A stretch of 64,000 bases of DNA. Source: Actinomycetota bacterium (GTDB lineage Bacteria > Actinomycetota > Actinomycetes > Streptosporangiales > Streptosporangiaceae). Positions 55,957 through 64,000 of the stretch are shown one piece after another. A program made the position numbers and the translations under genes. Numbering within the stretch: the first letter of the stretch is position 1; each line of letters begins with the position of its first letter. The notes under the pieces are model-generated. The model made no database searches and was not told the DNA's origin. It worked only from the letters and a program-made list of their open reading frames with translations. The DNA lies in NCBI GenBank assembly GCA_021324595.1, contig JAJPIV010000048.1, positions 1,876-65,875 of the forward strand, in the 5' to 3' direction.

Positions 55957-57138
55957 ATGAGCGGCACCCTGCACGTCGCGTGGGACGACCGGCTCACCGG
56001 GTACGACTTCGGGCCCGGGCACCCGCTCGCGCCGGTCCGGGTCGAGCTCACCATCGAGCTGGCCCGGGCGTTCGGCGTGCTGGACGCCCCGGGCGTCACC
56101 GTCGCGGCGCCCGCGCCGGCCACCGACGGCGAGATCGCCCTCGTCCACGATCGCCGCTACATCGAGGCGGTGCGGCAGGCGAGCGGCCCGGACCCGGGCC
56201 CGGTCGCGGGCCGGTTCGGGCTCGGCACCGACGACGACCCGATCTTCCCCGGGATGCACGACGCCTCCGCGCTGGTCGCCGGGGCGACCCTGGCCGCCGC
56301 CCGCGCGGTCTGGTCCGGGGCGGCGTCGCACGGCGTGAACATCGCCGGCGGGCTGCACCACGCGATGCGCGGCCACGCCAGCGGGTTCTGCGTCTACAAC
56401 GACCCGGCGATCGCCATCGCCTGGCTGCTGTCCCAGGGCGCCGAGCGGATCGGGTACGTCGACATCGACGTCCACCACGGCGACGGCGTCCAGGCCGCGT
56501 TCTGGGACGACCCGCGCGTGCTGACGATCAGCCTGCACGAGCACCCGGCCACGCTCTTCCCCGGCACCGGCCGGCCGGCCGAGACGGGGGCGCCGGGCGC
56601 CGAGGGCTACGCGGTCAACGTGGCGCTGCCCGCCGGGACGAGGGACGCGGGCTGGCTGCGGGCGTTCCACGCGGTCGTGCCCCCGCTGCTGCGGGCGTTC
56701 CGGCCCCAGGTCCTGGTCAGCCAGCATGGCTGCGACACCCACTGGATGGACCCGCTGGCGAACCTGGCGCTCACCATCGACGCGCAGCGGGCCGCGCACG
56801 CCGCCATCCACCGGCTCGCCCACGAGGTGGCCGGCGGGCGCTGGCTGCTGACCGGCGGCGGCGGATACGAGCTGGTCCAGGTGGTGCCGCGGACCTGGGC
56901 GCACCTGCTCGCCGAGGCCGCCGGCCGCCCGCTCGACCCCGGGCTGCCGACCCCGCCCGGCTGGCGGGACTACGTCGCCCGGCGCACCAGGACAGCGGCC
57001 CCGGAGTTCATGACCGAGCGGGCGCCGGCGACCTGGCCGCCCTTCGAGGCGGGCTGGGACCCGGACGAGCCGGTCGACCAGGCCATCATGGCCACCCGCC
57101 GGGCGGTGTTCCCGCTGCACGGCCTGGTGCCGCAGTAG
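55957..57138 (+). CDS. Histone-deacetylase-family protein (AcuC / acetoin utilisation type)
   Basis: GGLHHA and DIDVHHGDG motifs. Confidence 0.85.
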   Translation: MSGTLHVAWDDRLTGYDFGPGHPLAPVRVELTIELARAFGVLDAPGVTVAAPAPATDGEIALVHDRRYIEAVRQASGPDPGPVAGRFGLGTDDDPIFPGMHDASALVAGATLAAARAVWSGAASHGVNIAGGLHHAMRGHASGFCVYNDPAIAIAWLLSQGAERIGYVDIDVHHGDGVQAAFWDDPRVLTISLHEHPATLFPGTGRPAETGAPGAEGYAVNVALPAGTRDAGWLRAFHAVVPPLLRAFRPQVLVSQHGCDTHWMDPLANLALTIDAQRAAHAAIHRLAHEVAGGRWLLTGGGGYELVQVVPRTWAHLLAEAAGRPLDPGLPTPPGWRDYVARRTRTAAPEFMTERAPATWPPFEAGWDPDEPVDQAIMATRRAVFPLHGLVPQ

Positions 57139-57284
57139 GGCGGCCGGGCGGCCGCGCTGGCCGCCTGCGTGCTGCGGGAGCTGCGCGCCGGGACGCCCGC
57201 CTCGCACGCGCTCACCGGCTCGGTCCCGGTCACCCGGGCCGGCATGGCGCCGGGCACCGCGCCGGGCTCGTTCCCGTCATGATT

Positions 57285-57304
57285 TATCACTTCTCACAGT
57301 GATA
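57285..57304. promoter_or_regulatory. Inverted repeat TATCACT-N6-AGTGATA upstream of the KARI-like gene
   Basis: Read directly. AT-rich patch about 120 nt upstream of ATG 57425. Confidence 0.3.
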
Positions 57305-57424
57305 TCGGCAATGATGTTTCCTGCCGCCGGATGACAGCGAGCCGCGCCTCCGCTTACCCTCGTCCGGAATGGCCGCGGCAGCGGTCGGTGACGCCCCGGA
57401 CGGGGAGCGAGGAGGCGGATCGCC

Positions 57425-58429
57425 ATGACTGCAAGGCCGAGGTTCTTCACGCAGGCCGACGCGGACCCGGGCGTGCTCGACGGCCACGCGGTCGCGGTGC
57501 TCGGGTACGGGACGCTGGGCCGGTCGGTGGCCCTCAACCTGCGCGACAGCGGCGTCACCGTGGTCGTGGGGAACATCGAGGACGGCTACCGCGAGCAGGC
57601 GGTCGCCGACGGCTTCGAGCCGGCGGACCTCGGCGACGCGGCCGAGGCGGCCGACGAGATGCTCGTGCTGCTGCCGGACGAGGTGATCCCCGAGTGCTTC
57701 GACCAGGTGATCGCCCCCAGGGTGCGGCCCGGCTCGGCGGTCTGCTTCGCCTCGGGCTACGCGCTGGCCTACCGCCTGGTGTCGCCGCCGCGCGGGGCAG
57801 ACGTGCTGCTGATGGCACCGCGCATGTCGGGCGCCCTGGTCCGCGAGGTGTACCTGGCCGGGGAGGGCTTCTACACCTACCTGTCGGTCGAGGCCGATGC
57901 GACGGGCAAGGCCCTGGCCCGGCTGCTGGCCCTCGCGGGCGCGGTCGGGTCGCTGCGCAAGGGCGCCCTTGAGCTGCCGGCCGAGCAGGAGGCGCTGCTC
58001 GACCTGCTCGTGGAGCAGACGTTCGGCGTGTACCTCGGCCTCGGGGTGCAGCTGGCGTTCCGGGTGGGGACCGAGGCGGGGCTGCCGCCCGAGGCGATGG
58101 TGCTCGAGACCTACATGTCCGGGGAGATGGGCAAGACGCTGGAGGCGTTCGCCTCCGACGGGTTCTACGGCTCGCTGCTCAACCACGGGCTGACCGCGCT
58201 GTTCGGCGGGTTCATCAGGACCGGCGAGGTGGACAGCGAGGGGATGGAGCGGATGTTCCGCTCGGTTCTCGCCGACATCCGCGGCGGGGGCTTCGCCCGG
58301 CGCTTCCAGCGGGAGAAGGCCGACGGCTACCCGACCGTGAGCGTCATCCGGGAGGTCATCGCCGGCAACGATCCGATCACCGCAGCGGAGCGGAGCGTCC
58401 GCGCCGCCCTGGGCCTCGGCAGCGGCTGA
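57425..58429 (+). CDS. Ketol-acid-reductoisomerase-family NAD(P) oxidoreductase, divergent paralogue
   Basis: KARI-like N-terminus (LDGHAVAVLGYGTLGRSVALNLRDSGVTVVVG) and the length of a class I KARI. Canonical GYGSQGHA and APKGPG motifs are altered. RBS GAGGAGG. Confidence 0.7.
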   Translation: MTARPRFFTQADADPGVLDGHAVAVLGYGTLGRSVALNLRDSGVTVVVGNIEDGYREQAVADGFEPADLGDAAEAADEMLVLLPDEVIPECFDQVIAPRVRPGSAVCFASGYALAYRLVSPPRGADVLLMAPRMSGALVREVYLAGEGFYTYLSVEADATGKALARLLALAGAVGSLRKGALELPAEQEALLDLLVEQTFGVYLGLGVQLAFRVGTEAGLPPEAMVLETYMSGEMGKTLEAFASDGFYGSLLNHGLTALFGGFIRTGEVDSEGMERMFRSVLADIRGGGFARRFQREKADGYPTVSVIREVIAGNDPITAAERSVRAALGLGSG

Positions 58430-58454
58430 GCAGCAGGCTGGCGCCCGTCCGGGG

Positions 58455-59438
58455 TCAGGCGGCCAGCGCGGCGGCGTTGCGGGCGACCCGGTGCGCCAGG
58501 GCCCGCTGGCCGTCGGCCAGCCGCGCGGCCTCCCCGCGCCAGGCCGCGAGCGCGGGATCGACCAGCGCCCGGCCGAACGAGAACGTGAGCGGCCACGGGG
58601 CGGGCCGGGCGCAGATCGCCGCCAGGTTGGCGGTGGCCTGGGCGGCCCCCTGCCCGCCGGACAGGAACGCGATGCCGGCCACCGCCTCGGGCACGGCGGC
58701 GCGCAGGGTGGCCAGGGTCGCGCCGGCGACCTCGTCCGGCGCCGCCACCTGGCCCGAGTCGCCGCCGGGCACGACCATGTTGGGCTTGAGCACGACCGCG
58801 TCCAGCCCGATCTCGAACTCGGCCAGCTCGGCGAAGACGGCGCGCAGCGCCCGCTCGGTCGCCTCCGCGCACTCCCGGAGGCTGTGCGAGCCGTCCATCA
58901 GCACCTCGGGCTCGACGATCGGCACCAGCCCGGCCTCGTGGCACGCGCCGGCGTAGCGTGCGAGCGCGTGCGCGTTCGCCCGCAGCGCCTGCGGTGACGG
59001 CCGGCCCGCGCCGATCCGCAGCACCGCCCGCCACTTGGCGAACGCCGCGCCGAGCCGGGCGTACTCGGCCAGCCGCTCGCGCAGCCCGTCGAGCCCCTCG
59101 GTGACCGTCTCGCCCGGCCGGCCGGCCAGCGGCCTCGCCCCGGTGTCCACCTTGATGCCGGGCAGGATGCCGCGCGCGGCAAGCGCCTGGGGAAACGTCG
59201 CTGCACCCGTCACGCGCTGCCGGAACGTCTCGTCGCACAAGATCACGCCGCTTACCCCTCCCGCCAGCCCGGGGGTGGTCACGAGCATCTCCCGGTAGGC
59301 GCGGCGGTTCTCCTCAGTCGGCGCCACGCCGGCCCGCTCCAGCCGGGCCGACATCGTGCTCACGCTCTCGTCGGCGGCCAGTATCCCCTTGCCGGGGCGC
59401 ACCATCGCGGCGGCGGTCGCTGCCAGGTCTGCCATGCG
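58455..59438 (-). CDS. Class I fructose-bisphosphate aldolase
   Basis: GKGILAADES and VVLKPNMV (Schiff-base Lys) motifs. Trimmed to ATG 59438. Confidence 0.85.
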   Translation of the reverse strand, partial: RMADLAATAAAMVRPGKGILAADESVSTMSARLERAGVAPTEENRRAYREMLVTTPGLAGGVSGVILCDETFRQRVTGAATFPQALAARGILPGIKVDTGARPLAGRPGETVTEGLDGLRERLAEYARLGAAFAKWRAVLRIGAGRPSPQALRANAHALARYAGACHEAGLVPIVEPEVLMDGSHSLRECAEATERALRAVFAELAEFEIGLDAVVLKPNMVVPGGDSGQVAAPDEVAGATLATLRAAVPEAVAGIAFLSGGQGAAQATANLAAICARPAPWPLTFSFGRALVDPALAAWRGEAARLADGQRALAHRVARNAAALAA

Positions 59439-59692
59439 GCTCACCCTCCTCGCCGTCGCGGCCCGCCGGGCCGCGCACCGTGCCGCCGCGCCCCGTCCCG
59501 CCGGGTCGCGGCCCGGCCGAGCGGCCGGTGGCTCGGCACCGTACGACCCGCAGGCACGCCGCCGCATCCCTGGCGCGGTGGAACGCCCGGGGGACTCCGG
59601 AGCGGAACCCGCCGCCCGGCCCGCTCGTTCCCCACGATGACGATCGAATAATTACCTTTATCGCGTTTACCACTTATTAATGACTTCTTTGC

Positions 59693-61366
59693 ATGGCTGG
59701 GACGCCGCGTGCCGCCGACCAGGCACCCGCGGAGGGCGCCGGGGAAGAGCGATGCGCGATGACTGACGCGGCCGTCACGGCATCAGGTCCGGGCTCTCCT
59801 TCGCTGCCCGGGCGGACGGCACGGGCCGCGCCAGGCCGGCTGACGCGGGCACTGCCCGGTATCGCCGTGGCCGGGATTGCCGCGTCGCTGCTCATCATGA
59901 TCGCGGCCTCGCTGCTGCGGAGCAGCTGGATGTTCCCGCACCTGGCCGTCCCGGCCGCGGGCCCGCCGTTCGAGCTGGGCTCCGTCCGGGTGCCCGCGGC
60001 GGCCGTGCTCGGCGCACTCTGGCTCGCCGGGCTCGCGGGAACGGCCGGCGTCGCCGCGGGGCTGCTCGCGGTTCACCGGGGGGCACGGCTTCCCGCGGGC
60101 CTGCTCATCGTGACCGGCGCGGCGGCCGCCCTGGCCCTGGCCTTCCTGCCGCCGGTCGGATCGAGCGACGCGCTCGACTACGCCACCTATGGGCGGATCG
60201 CGGTGCTCGGCCACAGCCCCTACGTGATGACCCCGGTCCACCTGCGGCAGATCCACGACGCGTTCGCCAGGTCGGTGCCGCGCAAGTGGGAGCACCAGGT
60301 CAGCGTCTACGGGCCGCTGGCGACGGCGGAGCAGTTCCTCGCGGCCTTTCTCGGCGGGGCCTCGATGGCGCGGATCACCTTCTGGCTGAAGCTGTGGACG
60401 GCCCTGTCCTTCGGCGTGGTGGCGCTCGCGCTCGAGCTTGCGCTGCGCCGTGACCCGACCAGGCGGGCCCGCGGCCACCTGCTGTGGACCGCCAACCCGC
60501 TGCTGCTGTGGGTGCTGGTCGCCGCCGGGCACGTCGACGCGCTTCCCGCGGCCGCGGGGGTCATCGCGATCCTCCTCGCCCGGTCCGGGCCGTCGCTCTG
60601 GCGGGCGGCGGTGGCGGGCGCGCTCGTCGGGATCGCCGCCGATTTCAAGATCAACTATATCCTCTTCGCGCTGGGCATTGCCTGGGCGCTCCGCCGCTCG
60701 CTCGCCGCCATGGCGGCGGCGGCGGCCGCGGGGCTGGCGACCGTGGTGCCCCCGTACGCGGCCTTCGGCCTTCCGCTGGTCAGGGCCATCCTGCACCGGG
60801 GCAACAAGAGCAGCGCGGATGACTTCTACCGGCTGATCACCAGCGCCTACCCGCACCTGCTCCACGTGATCACGTGGGTGTCGGCCACGCTCGTGATCGT
60901 CATGGCCGGGGCGCTCCTGCTGCGCCTGCCGCCGGGTGCCCCGGCCAGGCCGGCCGTGCGGCCCGCGCTGGCGGCGGGCGTCGCCTGGGTGTTCTTCTGG
61001 TCGTACCTGCTGCCCTGGTACGACGCCATGATCATCTGCCTGCTCCCGCTGTACCCGGTGACCCTGCTCGACTGGCTCGTCCTGGCCAGGCTGGCGGCGG
61101 GCACGATCGCCAGCCTCCCGGGGAACCCGTGGCCGCCCCGGAGCCCCGTCGCGGCGTGGATCGAGTCGCAGCTGGTTGGCCGCGCCGCCCCGCTGGTCAT
61201 GCTCCTCGCCGGCCTGGGCCTCATCGCCTTGTGCGCATCCGGGCGCTGGACGGCGCGCTGGTACGGCGAGCGCCTGTCGCGGCCGGGCGGGCGCGGCGGC
61301 GGCTGGCCCGCCTGCGGGACATTCGCCCCTAGCGGGAAGCGGGCGGATGCTCCAGGCTCGGATTGA
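59693..61366 (+). CDS. GT-C-fold polyprenyl-phosphate-sugar-dependent glycosyl(mannosyl)transferase-like membrane protein (DUF2029/MptB-like)
   Basis: At least 10 TM segments. First-loop motif SSDALDYATYGRIAVLGHSPY. An alternative start is ATG 59759. Confidence 0.65.
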   Translation: MAGTPRAADQAPAEGAGEERCAMTDAAVTASGPGSPSLPGRTARAAPGRLTRALPGIAVAGIAASLLIMIAASLLRSSWMFPHLAVPAAGPPFELGSVRVPAAAVLGALWLAGLAGTAGVAAGLLAVHRGARLPAGLLIVTGAAAALALAFLPPVGSSDALDYATYGRIAVLGHSPYVMTPVHLRQIHDAFARSVPRKWEHQVSVYGPLATAEQFLAAFLGGASMARITFWLKLWTALSFGVVALALELALRRDPTRRARGHLLWTANPLLLWVLVAAGHVDALPAAAGVIAILLARSGPSLWRAAVAGALVGIAADFKINYILFALGIAWALRRSLAAMAAAAAAGLATVVPPYAAFGLPLVRAILHRGNKSSADDFYRLITSAYPHLLHVITWVSATLVIVMAGALLLRLPPGAPARPAVRPALAAGVAWVFFWSYLLPWYDAMIICLLPLYPVTLLDWLVLARLAAGTIASLPGNPWPPRSPVAAWIESQLVGRAAPLVMLLAGLGLIALCASGRWTARWYGERLSRPGGRGGGWPACGTFAPSGKRADAPGSD

Positions 61367-61408
61367 CGTGCCGGGGCCGGCCCGGCCCGTAGCATCGGAG
61401 GAGCCCGG

Positions 61409-62578
61409 GTGACCCAGCCAGACGGAACGTGGCCGCCGCCGGAGCCGGGCGCCGCAGGCGCCCGGGCCAGCGACGACCAGGTCAGGCGCTGGCGGCAGAT
61501 GCTGGCCAGCGAGCGGGACGCCGCCGAGCTGTACGCGAGGCTGGCCCGGGCCGAGGCCGGCGAGCGCAGGAACATCCTCGAGGAGCTTGCGGCGGTCGAG
61601 CGCCGCCACGCCGCCCACTGGGAGGCCAAGCTCACCGCGGCGGGGGCGGCCGTGCCGCCAGCCGGCGCGCCGAGCCTGCGGACCAGGCTCCTGGCCACCG
61701 CGGCGCGCGCGTTCTCCGCGCGGGCCGTCCTGCCGATGATCGAGCGGGCGGAACGAGCCGACGCGGGCATGTACGACCACGAGCCGGACGCGGCTCCGGG
61801 GATGGCGCAGGACGAGCGGGGGCACGCCCGCGCCCTGGCCAGGCTGGCCGCCAGCCGGCCCGGGCCCCGCGAGCAGATATCCCGGCGCGAGCCCTGGCAC
61901 CGGGGGGACCGCTCGGGCGCGCTGCGCGCCGCGGTCTTCGGCGTCAGCGACGGGCTGGTGTCCAACACCTCGCTGGTGATGGGATTCGCCGGCTCGGGGG
62001 CGGCCAGGACCACGGTCCTGCTGGCCGGGGTGGCCGGGCTGCTCGCCGGGTCCTTCTCGATGGCGGCCGGGGAGTACGTCTCGATGACCAGCCAGCGGGA
62101 GATGTACCAGCGCGAGATCTCGCTGGAGGCGGCCGAGCTGGCCGAGAACCCCGAGGAGGAGCGGGCCGAGCTGGCGCTGCTGTACCGGGCCAAGGGGCTG
62201 CCGCGAGCCGACGCCGAGCGCCTGGCCGCCCAGATCATGAGCGACCGGAAGGTCGCGCTGGACACCCTGGCCCGCGAGGAGCTGGGCCTGGACCCCACCG
62301 CGCTCGGCTCCCCGTGGGCGGCCGCGATCTGGAGCTTCCTCGCGTTCGCCGCGGGCGCGCTCGTCGTCGTGCTGCCGTACCTGGCCGCGTCCGGCACCGT
62401 CGCGCTGCTCATCGCGATCGGGCTCGCGGCGGCGGCCCTGCTGCTGGTCGGCGGCGGGATCGGCGCGCTGAACGGCCGCCCCGCGATCCGCTCCGGGCTG
62501 CGCCAGCTCCTCGTCGGCGCGCTCGCCGCGGCGGTCACCTTCGGCGTCGGCCACCTGATCGGGGTGAGCGTCTCCTAG
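61409..62578 (+). CDS. VIT1/CCC1-family iron/manganese transporter with an N-terminal ferritin-like domain
   Basis: ERDAAELYARLA…ERRHAAHWE (ferritin-like) followed by VFGVSDGLVSNTSLVMG and the TM core. Confidence 0.85.
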   Translation: MTQPDGTWPPPEPGAAGARASDDQVRRWRQMLASERDAAELYARLARAEAGERRNILEELAAVERRHAAHWEAKLTAAGAAVPPAGAPSLRTRLLATAARAFSARAVLPMIERAERADAGMYDHEPDAAPGMAQDERGHARALARLAASRPGPREQISRREPWHRGDRSGALRAAVFGVSDGLVSNTSLVMGFAGSGAARTTVLLAGVAGLLAGSFSMAAGEYVSMTSQREMYQREISLEAAELAENPEEERAELALLYRAKGLPRADAERLAAQIMSDRKVALDTLAREELGLDPTALGSPWAAAIWSFLAFAAGALVVVLPYLAASGTVALLIAIGLAAAALLLVGGGIGALNGRPAIRSGLRQLLVGALAAAVTFGVGHLIGVSVS

Positions 62579-62623
62579 CGGGACGGCCGGGCCTGGCGCG
62601 GAGCCGGCCAGCGGGCGCGGCGC

Positions 62624-63112
62624 TCAGCCAGCCGCCACCCGCACGGCAAGGCCGGGGCGGTGCGCCAGCCGCTCCGCCGGGCAGTGGTGCAGGCGCCCGC
62701 GCACGCGGCTGTGCGACCGCCGCCCCACCACCAGCAGGACCGCGCCGACCTCGCGCGCGGCCCGCTCCAGCTCGGTGGCCGGATCCCCGGTCCGGACCAG
62801 GAATCGCCAGGCCAAGCCGCCGGATCCGAGGATCTGCGCGGCGTCGAGGAACGCGGCGGCCTCCGTCTCGCTCACCTCGGGCGGGGTCAGCGCGACCGCC
62901 ACGCCGGACAGCCCGGAAAGCCACATCCACCACGGCGGCCAGTGATCGACGTGCACGGCGACCACCGCCGCGCCCAGGCACCCGGCGGCGTCCGCGGCGG
63001 CACGCAGCGCCAGCCGGCCGGAGTCGGACCCGTCCACGCCCGCCACCACCGGCCCCGCTCGCCACCCGGCGGGCAGCGCGCCGCCTCGCTCGACGCCCGG
63101 GGACGCGGCCAC
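62624..63112 (-). CDS. Universal-stress-protein-like protein (ATP motif degenerate)
   Basis: VVAGVDGSDSGRLALRAAA…LLVVGRRSH pattern. Lacks the G-2x-G-9x-G(S/T) motif. Confidence 0.6.
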   Translation of the reverse strand: MAASPGVERGGALPAGWRAGPVVAGVDGSDSGRLALRAAADAAGCLGAAVVAVHVDHWPPWWMWLSGLSGVAVALTPPEVSETEAAAFLDAAQILGSGGLAWRFLVRTGDPATELERAAREVGAVLLVVGRRSHSRVRGRLHHCPAERLAHRPGLAVRVAAG

Positions 63113-63169
63113 CAGAACCTCACGCCGGCACTGAACGCACCAACCACCTGATGTGACGATACACCTGCA

Positions 63170-64000
63170 CTACGCAGAGCCGCACGACGCAGGACGGCCG
63201 GCGGTCCCCTGCGGCCCGGCGGTCCCCTGCGGCCCGGCGGTCCCCTGCGGCCCGGCGGCGGGCCGGCGCTCATCTCCCGGCGGGCCGCCGCGGGGAGCGG
63301 GCCGGCGCCAGCCGCCGTCCCGCGCGAGCAGGTGCCCCACCAGCAGGGCGGTGCTCCCGGCGACCTGCCGCGAGGTGACCGCGTGCCACGGCCGCCGCAT
63401 CGGCGTCCCGGGCACCGGCACCTCGGCCAGCTCGCCGGAGGCCAGGCGGGCCGCTACCGCCTCGCGCGAGACCAGCGTGACGCCCAGCCCGGCCATGGCG
63501 CCCGCGACCACCGCGCCGTGCGATCCGAGGGTGAGCCGGGGCGGGTCGGCCTCCCACCCGGCGAGCAGCGCCTCGCAGGCCGCCCGGGTCCCCGAGCCGG
63601 CCTCGCGGAGCAGCCAGCGCGTCCGGCCGAGGTCGAAACTGGCCGCCACGGCGGGGGCCGCCACCACCACGAGCGTGTTCGCCCGCAGCGCCTGGATGCG
63701 GACCGACCCGGCCAGGTGGCGCGGGGGCCGGCCGGCGATCGCCAGGTCCGCCTGGTGGGTGACCAGCAGCTCCCACACCCGCTCGCTGGTGGCCACCTCC
63801 AGGCGCAGGTCCACGCCAGGATGGCGGGCCAGGAACGAGGCTAGCAGCGCGGGCAGCACGTGCTCCCCGGCCGTGGTCACCGCGGCCACCCGGATCCGGC
63901 CGTGCTCAGGGTCCTGGACCCCGCGCGCCGCGGCGAGCGCCTCCTCGTGCAGGCCCAGGATCGTCCTGGCGTACCCGGCGTATGCCTCGCCGGGTACGGT
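63170..64000 (-). CDS. LysR-family transcriptional regulator, N-terminal HTH outside the window
   Basis: The frame is open to nt 64000. Effector-domain pattern (RIRVAAVTTAGEHVLPALLASFLARHPGVDLRLEV…). Repeat-containing C-terminal tail. Confidence 0.8.
   Translation of the reverse strand, partial: TVPGEAYAGYARTILGLHEEALAAARGVQDPEHGRIRVAAVTTAGEHVLPALLASFLARHPGVDLRLEVATSERVWELLVTHQADLAIAGRPPRHLAGSVRIQALRANTLVVVAAPAVAASFDLGRTRWLLREAGSGTRAACEALLAGWEADPPRLTLGSHGAVVAGAMAGLGVTLVSREAVAARLASGELAEVPVPGTPMRRPWHAVTSRQVAGSTALLVGHLLARDGGWRRPAPRGGPPGDERRPAAGPQGTAGPQGTAGPQGTAGRPASCGSA
63198..63251. repeat. Perfect 18-bp tandem repeat x3 (CCGGCGGTCCCCTGCGGC) in the LysR 3' tail
   Basis: Read directly. Encodes (AGPQGT)x3. 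Confidence 0.9.

Overview
Very high-GC (by eye above 70%) actinobacterial chromosomal DNA. It is densely coded on both strands, and many gene pairs are translationally coupled by 4-nt ATGA/GTGA overlaps. I saw no rRNA, tRNA, CRISPR array, transposase or integrase. Most long Arg/Pro/Gly-rich ORFs in the track are antisense artefacts of GC-rich coding DNA.

Supported content, left to right:
- Amidase, WS/DGAT acyltransferase and an alpha/beta hydrolase.
- A GH65 phosphorylase with beta-phosphoglucomutase.
- A WhiJ/BldB-type regulatory triad (HATPase-like protein, DUF397, XRE).
- A five-gene glutamine-synthetase-like catabolic operon (GS-like, RpiR, two amidohydrolases, APC permease).
- PanE, an acyl-CoA ligase, an ABC1 kinase, an MpaB-like protein and a methyltransferase.
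- An XRE-cupin / NCS1 permease / ureohydrolase module.
- A small accessory islet: a decayed Phd-VapC toxin-antitoxin, an ArsR-SRPBCC pair, and a RelA/SpoT-like toxin candidate with a small acidic partner.
- A sulfur-trafficking cluster (rhodanese, OsmC, class V aminotransferase, DsrE-like, TusE/DsrC, SQR-like).
- Xi-GST with YihY, an MFS transporter, and lysA.
- A mauE-mauD-mauA-like cassette.
- A dormancy-flavoured block (USP, xfp, ackA, Rv1733c-like protein, USP, MMPL).
- Cell-envelope sugar genes, an HDAC/AcuC homologue, a divergent KARI paralogue, a class I aldolase, a GT-C glycosyltransferase, a VIT1 transporter, a USP-like protein and a partial LysR.

The two best candidates for something undescribed:
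1. 29330-30843: a toxSAS-like RelA/SpoT-fold protein with a roughly 250-aa disordered N-terminus, overlapping a small acidic gene by ATGA.
2. 41319-45093: an orphan mauEDA-like operon. It encodes a Tat-signal protein with 18 cysteines and a (GGGPVT)x4 tail, dedicated thioredoxin-fold and MauE proteins, and no mauB or mauG.

All functional calls come from motif recognition by eye. No database search was run.
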